In this document: one piece after another, positions 1-5,884 of the stretch
Position numbering within the stretch: the stretch's first letter is position 1
Layout of the letters: each line of letters starts with the position of its first letter
Source of the DNA: Formosa sp. Hel1_33_131
Lineage (GTDB): Bacteria; Bacteroidota; Bacteroidia; Flavobacteriales; Flavobacteriaceae
Reading direction: 5' to 3'
Assembly (NCBI RefSeq): GCF_001735745.1
Contig: NZ_CP017260.1
Coordinates: 60,001 to 92,000 of the forward strand
Length of the DNA stretch: 32,000 nt
Program-made: the position numbers and the translations under genes
The notes under the pieces: model-generated
The model's database searches: none
What the model was told of the DNA's origin: nothing
Seen by the model: only the letters and a program-made list of their open reading frames with translations

Positions 1-429
1 CTTCACATAGATTCCGTAAGTGTTGAATCGTTTTGTTTGAGCCACCGTTCCGTCAATATTTATATTCGCTTTGTTGACTTTTTTATTTAGCTCGTCTTTT
101 GTCGGTGACCCTATAAATCCAAAAGAACTTGATTTATTTTTGGAATAGATCTCTAAAACAACTTTTATTATCGTGTTAAGAATGATTAAGAAATTTTTCG
201 CACCAGACGACCCCTTTCTGATTGACTTTTTATTTAGCAAACTATAGCGATAGCTCGAATCTTTATGGTTTTTTTGAAAGAACTTTATTATGTAAATATT
301 ATCTGGATGGTGTTCAACTTCAAGCACATAGGCTAAGTTGTAGGTACATTTAAAAGAATATAAATCCGTTTGAATGCCGTTTAATGTAGTCTTGCCTACG
401 GGTTTATAATTAAAACAATGGCCTAGCAA
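1..429 (-). CDS. Partial hypothetical protein (N-terminal part; continues beyond window start), start codon uncertain
   Basis: The minus-strand frame is open from 435 down to position 1 and runs off the window (at least 143 codons: LLGHCFNYKPVGKTTLNGIQ...YVLEVEHHPDNIYIIKFFQKNHKDSSYRYSLL...SFGFIGSPTKDE...NTYGIYVK). It is absent from the ORF track, presumably because it is edge-truncated. There is no in-frame ATG; the first candidate start is TTG at 427-429. No family recognised. Confidence 0.4.
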   Translation of the reverse strand, partial: MLGHCFNYKPVGKTTLNGIQTDLYSFKCTYNLAYVLEVEHHPDNIYIIKFFQKNHKDSSYRYSLLNKKSIRKGSSGAKNFLIILNTIIKVVLEIYSKNKSSSFGFIGSPTKDELNKKVNKANINIDGTVAQTKRFNTYGIYVK

Positions 430-440
430 ACTATTTTAAC

Positions 441-590
441 TTATAAGTTTAGATACGTATAAGCCATTGAACGGTTTTCTTTAACATCCGATGGAGTCAA
501 AACTTTGGCTTTATGAATTACTTTTTTAGAAGACAAAAAAGCCTTCTTTGTAGTCTTAGGATTTTTACTAATTTTTATAATATTTCCCAT
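441..590 (-). CDS. Small lysine-rich ORF (49 aa), hypothetical
   Basis: The ATG is the complement of cat at 588-590 and the stop is the complement of tta at 441-443. It translates to MGNIIKISKNPKTTKKAFLSSKKVIHKAKVLTPSDVKENRSMAYTYLNL (10 Lys in 49 aa). It ends 11 nt before the TTG of the partial ORF at 1-429, on the same strand. It falls below the ORF-track size cut-off and no homology was recognised. Confidence 0.25.
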   Translation of the reverse strand: MGNIIKISKNPKTTKKAFLSSKKVIHKAKVLTPSDVKENRSMAYTYLNL

Positions 591-820
591 GATTTAATTG
601 TTCTTATTTCAAAATTACAATATGTGTAGCGAATCACATATAACTATTTCATAATATATATTTATATTATATTTATTTTTAATAACTTTATTCTATATAA
701 CACGTTTCGAATCACTACTTTTTAAAGTACAAACATACAATGAATTACCCTAAAATTATGAACACTCACAAATTTGGAACACTTATTGAATGCTTATAAA
801 AAACTAGGAAAGCGCAATTT

Positions 821-828
821 TATATTTG
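821..828 (+). promoter_or_regulatory. Candidate Bacteroidota -7 box (TATATTTG)
   Basis: Exact match to the TAnnTTTG -7 consensus, 52 nt upstream of ATG 880. It is flanked by the GC-rich inverted repeat AGCGC (811-815) / GCGCT (829-833). No clear -33 TTTG was found. Confidence 0.3.
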
Positions 829-879
829 GCGCTGTACAAGAAAGTTAACAATCAAATCAATACCTTTACAACTTAAGAA

Positions 880-1554
880 ATGCCAATACACTTTATGAAT
901 CGAAGTTTGATGCTGTTACTGTTATTAATTGGAATGCAACATGCGGTGTATTCACAGCTAGATACCAATCAAGAAACATTTCGGATCAAAGCATTGGCAT
1001 TAGAGCGCAATCCGCTGTCCGATCAGTTTCCTTTGACGCTCTCTCCTATTGTGGGATTGACCGATAAAGGATTTGAAATCACCATGGGCATCAAACCGAT
1101 TGATGGCTTTGCAAAAAAAAAATATGGCATCACCGAAACGCGCGATGTGGTAGATCCTACTTGGGAGATCAAACAACAATTTAATGAGAATCACAAAGAC
1201 GTTTCTAAGTTTTCGAGGAATTACTATCTCGGCGACATTAAAACCAAATCCAAATACATTCGTATCCTCTGTCGAGATCACGAATATGAAGACGGCGATC
1301 GGATTAAATTAATGCTCAATAAAGCCATCATTCATCCGAATATTACCCTTCGTAATTCGGCCTATATTATTGACATCGAATTAAAAGAAGGGTTAAATAC
1401 CATTGAATTTATCGCACTTAACGAAGGAAGCTCCAGTCCCAACACCGCCCAGCTAAAGGTGTATAATGAAAGTGATAGCCTCATCGGCTCCGGAGAATGG
1501 TTATTGACCACGGGCTATAAAGCAAGCTTGATTGTATTGAGGGAGACTTTTTAG
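880..1554 (+). CDS. Secreted hypothetical protein (signal peptide)
   Basis: ORF of 224 aa. The N-terminus MNRSLMLLLLLIGMQHAVYSQ looks like a cleavable signal peptide; an alternative ATG lies at 895. No catalytic motif was recognised. A 200-nt hand-counted sample gives about 42% GC, above the neighbouring genes. The gene contains an A10 run at 1113-1122. Confidence 0.6.
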   Translation: MPIHFMNRSLMLLLLLIGMQHAVYSQLDTNQETFRIKALALERNPLSDQFPLTLSPIVGLTDKGFEITMGIKPIDGFAKKKYGITETRDVVDPTWEIKQQFNENHKDVSKFSRNYYLGDIKTKSKYIRILCRDHEYEDGDRIKLMLNKAIIHPNITLRNSAYIIDIELKEGLNTIEFIALNEGSSSPNTAQLKVYNESDSLIGSGEWLLTTGYKASLIVLRETF

Positions 1555-1604
1555 TTTTAGATACGAGTTCTCGGTTAGGTAATTGCCTCCAACACATATA
1601 CAAA

Positions 1605-1626
1605 ACAAGGGAGTGAACTCCCTTGT
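1605..1626. terminator. Perfect 9-bp stem / 4-nt loop hairpin (ACAAGGGAG-TGAA-CTCCCTTGT)
   Basis: Read directly from the sequence, 51 nt after the stop of 880..1554. The plus-strand tail is GAAAAGCC (not U-rich). The minus-strand tail is TTTTGTATA. Orientation is therefore ambiguous. Confidence 0.4.
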
Positions 1627-1703
1627 GAAAAGCCACTTCGACCATTTCTAAAGGTCAAGTGATTAACTCTTTCCCATTTTTAGCGTCTTAATCTTAAAAT
1701 TTA

Positions 1704-1711
1704 TATATTTG
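1704..1711 (+). promoter_or_regulatory. Candidate -7 box (TATATTTG) far upstream of lipoprotein gene
   Basis: Exact TAnnTTTG match, 126 nt upstream of ATG 1837. If used, it would give an unusually long leader. Confidence 0.25.
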
Positions 1712-1836
1712 GAACAAGAACCTTCCCAAATCGGGTTCCGACTCTTATGACAAACCTGCGCTCTTTTCAACAAAAGCATCTGTTAGTATTTCAGCAATTT
1801 TTTCTTTGCTCACTACATAATTTAAAAAAATAAAAA

Positions 1837-2397
1837 ATGTACAGAAATAGAATAATCTTTTTGATGGCTTTTAGTTTACTATTTGTAAGTTGTAAAAAAA
1901 GTAACAATGAATTGAATTTTATAGAATTCTCATCTTATGAATGTTTTGGGAATTGCCCAGTTATGGATATTAAAGTTCTTAACGATACATTATACGTGAA
2001 TTTTATTAAATATAATTCCCGTTTAGGTTTGTATTATAAAACACTAACGTCAATTGAAAAGGATCGTTTAAATAAATTAGTAACTAAATTAAAAAATAAT
2101 GAAGTAAAAGATTCCTATGATGGAAATGTGGTAGATGTTGGTTACTATAAAATGAGAATATGTTCAGGTAAATTTGAAGCAAACACCAGTTATTCTCATG
2201 GCGAAGCGCCCAAATATATTATTGATTTGTATGATTTTCTTTTTAACATAAGTTATACTTCTAAAATTAAAGCAATAAAAAAAGCTATGGTGTTTTCAAC
2301 AAGAGGAATATCATATCTGGACACTTTGTCAATGCCTCCACCACCACTTGCACCAGATTTTGAGATTGAGGAAATTGAAATAGATCGTAATAATTAG
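1837..2397 (+). CDS. Lipoprotein of unknown function (DUF6438-like CxGxCP segment, tentative)
   Basis: ORF of 186 aa with a lipobox-like N-terminus MYRNRIIFLMAFSLLFVSC (Cys19). The segment FIEFSSYECFGNCPVMDIKVLNDTLY resembles, from memory, the C-x-G-x-CP motif of Bacteroidota DUF6438 lipoproteins. Very AT-rich (about 25% GC in a 140-nt hand count). The C-terminus is proline-rich then acidic. Confidence 0.65.
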   Translation: MYRNRIIFLMAFSLLFVSCKKSNNELNFIEFSSYECFGNCPVMDIKVLNDTLYVNFIKYNSRLGLYYKTLTSIEKDRLNKLVTKLKNNEVKDSYDGNVVDVGYYKMRICSGKFEANTSYSHGEAPKYIIDLYDFLFNISYTSKIKAIKKAMVFSTRGISYLDTLSMPPPPLAPDFEIEEIEIDRNN

Positions 2398-2485
2398 GTC
2401 TGTAAATTAAAACCTGTTTGGTTTTTAAATCCCTTAAAATCAATGAATAAATTTAAAAAAATGATGAAATTGACGTTAAAACAAT

Positions 2486-2848
2486 ATGATTATGAATATT
2501 AGCCCTCTAAAAACAGAACAAGACTATAACCTAGCTTTAGAGAGGTTAGAGATTATCTTTCACGCAGAAATTGATTCACCAGAAGGAGATGAAGCCGAAG
2601 TACTTTCAATTTTAATTGAAAAATATGAGGAAAAACATTACCCCATTGCAATGCCAGACCCAATTGAGGCGATAAAATTCCGTATGGAACAAATGGGGAT
2701 GAAACAAAAAGACTTGGCAGAAATCGTTGGATTTACAAGTCGAGTAAGTGAAATACTAAATCGCAAACGTAAGTTGACACTGAGTATGATTCGAAAATTA
2801 AATACAGCTCTAAATATTCCAACAGAAGTATTAGTTCAAGAGTATTAG
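2486..2848 (+). CDS. higA: HigA-family antitoxin-like XRE helix-turn-helix protein (orphan)
   Basis: ORF of 120 aa. The architecture is typical of COG5499/HigA-type antitoxins: an N-terminal ~65-aa helical part (TEQDYNLALERLEIIF...EAEVLSILIEKYEEKHYPI), then a C-terminal HTH (MKQKDLAEIVGFTSRVSEILNRKRKLTLSMIRKLNTALNIP). An alternative ATG lies at 2492. Confidence 0.75.
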   Translation: MIMNISPLKTEQDYNLALERLEIIFHAEIDSPEGDEAEVLSILIEKYEEKHYPIAMPDPIEAIKFRMEQMGMKQKDLAEIVGFTSRVSEILNRKRKLTLSMIRKLNTALNIPTEVLVQEY

Positions 2849-2862
2849 AGAAACCACAATCA

Positions 2863-3339
2863 TCACATCAAATGATCCAAATTCACCTCATTAGTCGATT
2901 TACTTTGTGACAGCGCCACATAACTTTGTACGTTACTTAAATCGGTTATAAGAGCGAGTTTGGTTAAGATAAATTGTTCGTAGTCTTCTATATCCACTAA
3001 TACTAATTTTAGTAAATAATCAAAATTACCCGACACACGGTGGCACTCTACTACTTCAGGAAATCCATCAATGGTTTTGACAAATTTCTCTAAATAACTC
3101 CGTGTATGATTCTTAAGAGCAATTCCAGCAAAAACAGTCAATTTTAAACCTAATTTTTTGGAGTTTAAAATCGCAGCATATTTACTAATAAAACCCCTTT
3201 TTTCTAATTTTTTAATACGATCAAAAACAGGAGTTGTGGTCATCCCTAAGAGGTCGGCGATGTTCTTTATGGTACGGTTACTGTTTTGTTGTAACAGCCT
3301 TAATATTTCAATATCGGTTTTGTTCAGTTTTTCGAGCAT
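2863..3339 (-). CDS. Lrp/AsnC-family transcriptional regulator
   Basis: ORF of 158 aa with an N-terminal AsnC-type HTH (LNKTDIEILRLLQQNSNRTIKNIADLLGMTTTPVFDRIKKLEKRGFI) and a C-terminal RAM/AsnC_trans_reg-like domain. It is divergent from the hmgA operon. Confidence 0.9.
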   Translation of the reverse strand: MLEKLNKTDIEILRLLQQNSNRTIKNIADLLGMTTTPVFDRIKKLEKRGFISKYAAILNSKKLGLKLTVFAGIALKNHTRSYLEKFVKTIDGFPEVVECHRVSGNFDYLLKLVLVDIEDYEQFILTKLALITDLSNVQSYVALSQSKSTNEVNLDHLM

Positions 3340-3404
3340 CTAGAAAATATATATATTAATGGTTTTAAAATTATTCGTAAAAAGAATAAAACTATTTATT
3401 AATA

Positions 3405-3412
3405 CAAAAATA
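3405..3412 (-). promoter_or_regulatory. Candidate -7 box for the AsnC-family gene (TATTTTTG on minus strand)
   Basis: Plus strand reads CAAAAATA, which is TAnnTTTG on the minus strand. It sits 66 nt upstream of the start at 3339. Confidence 0.3.
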
Positions 3413-3476
3413 CATATAAATATTCTTATTTAGAAACTGTTTTAGTAATAAACAAATAAGTAACTTATATTATATT

Positions 3477-3484
3477 TAGATTTG
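3477..3484 (+). promoter_or_regulatory. Candidate -7 box for the hmgA operon (TAGATTTG)
   Basis: TAnnTTTG match 48 nt upstream of ATG 3532, inside the 192-bp AT-rich divergent intergenic region. Confidence 0.3.
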
Positions 3485-3531
3485 TTCTTATCAGTTATTT
3501 TAAATACTGACTTAAATTTTAATCTTATATT

Positions 3532-4692
3532 ATGCCTAGATATCATACGTTAGGAAAAATTCCGCCTAAGCGACACACTATTTTTAAAGATGCAAACGAT
3601 AATTTCTATTATGAAGAATTGTTTGGCACCATCGGGTTTGATGGCATGTCAACTTTGATGTACCATACACAACGCCCTACACAAGTCAAAGCAATCTTAA
3701 AATCTTACGATGTAGCGCCAAAAATTGCGGTGTCTAAAAACATGAAATCCTTAAAACTTGAAGGTTATCAAGTGGCTCCCGTAGATGATTATTTAGAAAG
3801 CAGAAAATGTGTTTTGGTCAACAAAGATTGTCAAATTAGTTTGGCAGCTCCTAAAGAATCGTTAACCAGTTATTTTTATAAAAATACCGATTCTGACGAA
3901 GTGCTATTTATCCATGAAGGCTCAGGGAAACTGAGAACTAATTTAGGAAATATAGAATTTAAGTATGGGGATTACCTAGTAATTCCACGAGGAATCATCT
4001 ATCAAATTGAGTTTAACGATGCAAACAACCGTTTATTTATCGTTGAATCCAAGAGCCCCGTTTACACCCCAAAACGTTATAGAAATTGGTTTGGACAACA
4101 TGTAGAAGGTGCGCCTTATTGCGAAAGAGACCTCCACCCGCCTACTGAACTTGAAACGTTTAATGAAATGGGCGATTTTATAATCAAAGTAAAAAAACAA
4201 GATACCATTCACGAATACGTGTATGCAGCGCACCCATTTAGTGTGGTTGGTTGGGATGGCTATAATTTTCCGTATAAATTTTCTATTCACGATTTTGAAC
4301 CCATTACAGGGATGATTCATCAACCGCCACCCATTCACCAAACATTTGAAACAAGCACCTTTGTCATCTGTTCGTTTGTTCCTAGACTTTATGATTACCA
4401 CCCAAATGCGGTACCAGCACCTTACAATCATTCTAACATTGATTCTGATGAAGTCCTCTATTATGTAGATGGTGATTTTATGAGTAGAAATGATATTAAC
4501 AAGGGGAGTATTACCCTACACCCTGCGGGGATTCCACACGGACCACACCCAGGAACCATGGAAAAAAGTATTGGTAAAAAAGAAACTTTTGAACTTGCAG
4601 TGATGGTGGACACCTTTAGTCCGTTAATGGTGACGGAAGAAGCTATAAAATTACAAAACGAAGATTATTATAAATCCTGGATTACAGAATAA
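3532..4692 (+). CDS. hmgA: Homogentisate 1,2-dioxygenase
   Basis: ORF of 386 aa. The N-terminus MPRYHTLGKIPPKRHTIF...YYEELFGTIGFDGMSTLMYH and the C-terminal NHSNIDSDEVLYYVDG...LHPAGIPHGPHPG match the short Bacteroidota-type HGD as I remember it. It is followed directly by hppD and fahA. Confidence 0.92.
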   Translation: MPRYHTLGKIPPKRHTIFKDANDNFYYEELFGTIGFDGMSTLMYHTQRPTQVKAILKSYDVAPKIAVSKNMKSLKLEGYQVAPVDDYLESRKCVLVNKDCQISLAAPKESLTSYFYKNTDSDEVLFIHEGSGKLRTNLGNIEFKYGDYLVIPRGIIYQIEFNDANNRLFIVESKSPVYTPKRYRNWFGQHVEGAPYCERDLHPPTELETFNEMGDFIIKVKKQDTIHEYVYAAHPFSVVGWDGYNFPYKFSIHDFEPITGMIHQPPPIHQTFETSTFVICSFVPRLYDYHPNAVPAPYNHSNIDSDEVLYYVDGDFMSRNDINKGSITLHPAGIPHGPHPGTMEKSIGKKETFELAVMVDTFSPLMVTEEAIKLQNEDYYKSWITE

Positions 4693-4714
4693 AAAAATTA
4701 AAAAACTAACGGAT

Positions 4715-5872
4715 ATGAGTAAAATAGAAAATGTAGAATACGGATTGGAAAAAATATTTAAAGAAGCACAAGATTTTCTTCCGTTATTAGGAACTGATTA
4801 TGTAGAATTTATTGTAGGTAATGCAAAACAAGCAGCCCACTTTTACAAAACTGCTTTTGGATTTCAATCGCATGCTTATAAAGGATTAGAAACAGGATGT
4901 AAAGATTATGCATCTTATGTAGTAAAACAAGATAAAATAAGAATCGTATTAACCACTCCACTTAATCCAGATTCATGGATGAACGAACATTTATCTAAGC
5001 ATGGTGATGGGGTGAAAGTTGTTGCTTTGTGGGTTGATGACGCTAAAAAGTCGTGGGAAGAAACGACCAAAAGAGGTGCAAAATCTTATATGGAACCAAG
5101 GGTTGAAAAAGACGAACATGGCGAAATAGTGAGAGCTGGAATTTATACCTATGGTGAAACCGTTCACATATTTGTAGAAAGAAAAAACTACACAGGGGTG
5201 TTTTTACCAGGTTATAGAAAATGGGAATCAGAATACAATCCTGAACCTATGGGTCTTAAATTTATAGACCATATGGTAGGGAATGTTGGCTGGAATGAAA
5301 TGGATATCTGGGTAAAATATTACGAAGATGTTATGGGCTTTGTAAACTTCTTATCTTTTGATGATAAGCAAATTACAACAGAATACTCCGCATTAATGAG
5401 TAAAGTAATGAGTAACGGAAACGGAAGAATTAAATTTCCAATTAACGAACCTGCAGAAGGAAAAAAGAAATCTCAAATTGAGGAATACTTAGACTTTTAC
5501 AATGGTCCAGGAGTGCAACATATTGCTGTTGCCTCAAATGACATCATTGATACGGTCGCAAAAATGAGAGCTAAAGGGGTTGAGTTTTTAAGCACACCAC
5601 CCGACGACTATTACAAATCTGTTCCAAAAAGACTTTCTGATCACAACCATGAATTAGCAGAAGATATTGAAAAATTAAAATCTCTTGGGATTATGATTGA
5701 CGCAGATGAAGAAGGGTATTTATTACAAATATTTACGAAACCTGTAGAAGACAGACCCACCTTGTTTTTTGAAATCATTCAAAGAATGGGTGCTAGAGGG
5801 TTTGGTGCTGGAAACTTCAAAGCCCTATTTGAATCTATCGAAAGAGAACAAGAAAATAGAGGAACCCTTTAA
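4715..5872 (+). CDS. hppD: 4-hydroxyphenylpyruvate dioxygenase
   Basis: ORF of 385 aa with classic HPPD C-terminal signatures: GPGVQHIAVASNDI, LLQIFTKPVEDRPTLFFEIIQRMGARGFGAGNFKALFESIEREQ. Confidence 0.95.
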   Translation: MSKIENVEYGLEKIFKEAQDFLPLLGTDYVEFIVGNAKQAAHFYKTAFGFQSHAYKGLETGCKDYASYVVKQDKIRIVLTTPLNPDSWMNEHLSKHGDGVKVVALWVDDAKKSWEETTKRGAKSYMEPRVEKDEHGEIVRAGIYTYGETVHIFVERKNYTGVFLPGYRKWESEYNPEPMGLKFIDHMVGNVGWNEMDIWVKYYEDVMGFVNFLSFDDKQITTEYSALMSKVMSNGNGRIKFPINEPAEGKKKSQIEEYLDFYNGPGVQHIAVASNDIIDTVAKMRAKGVEFLSTPPDDYYKSVPKRLSDHNHELAEDIEKLKSLGIMIDADEEGYLLQIFTKPVEDRPTLFFEIIQRMGARGFGAGNFKALFESIEREQENRGTL

Positions 5873-5884
5873 TTGGATATTTTA

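Noticed and set aside
630-715. Octamer CGAATCAC occurring twice (630-637 and 708-715) in the 590-880 intergenic region
   Set aside because: A rough expectation for some 8-mer recurring within about 290 bp is of order 0.5-1. A single duplicate octamer is therefore not evidence of a repeat element or operator pair.
740-799. 19-aa ORF (MNYPKIMNTHKFGTLIECL) in the 590-880 intergenic region, and a 17-aa ORF at 2443..2496 overlapping the higA-like start
   Set aside because: Both are too short to support without conservation or expression data. Neither has a preceding -7 box at a suitable distance or a recognisable peptide motif.
772-1716. 9-mer ATTTGGAAC present at 772-780 and 1708-1716, considered as possible boundary repeats flanking the 880..1554 gene
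   Set aside because: The match does not extend on either side. Half of it is the common TTTG promoter-box tail. A single 9-mer is insufficient to infer an insertion footprint.
2409-2425. AAAACC-TGTTT-GGTTTT hairpin after the lipoprotein gene, considered as a terminator
   Set aside because: The stem is only 6 bp and mostly A-U, so it would be very weak. I cannot distinguish it from chance in 25-30% GC sequence.
4033-4431. 132-aa minus-strand ORF inside hmgA. Similar embedded antisense or out-of-frame ORFs occur at 1000..1281, 3158..3343, 6080..6480, 7221..7412, 9170..9392, 11150..11356, 11544..11750, 12709..12903, 13137..13625, 16139..17797, 19610..20420, 20812..21015, 22110..22936, 24419..24634, 26414..26596, 28148..28432, 29337..29555, 30064..30386, 30648..30833 and 31604..31864.
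   Set aside because: Each overlaps, wholly or largely, a confidently identified gene in another frame or strand. None shows a recognisable motif, signal or independent promoter box. I treat them as spurious.
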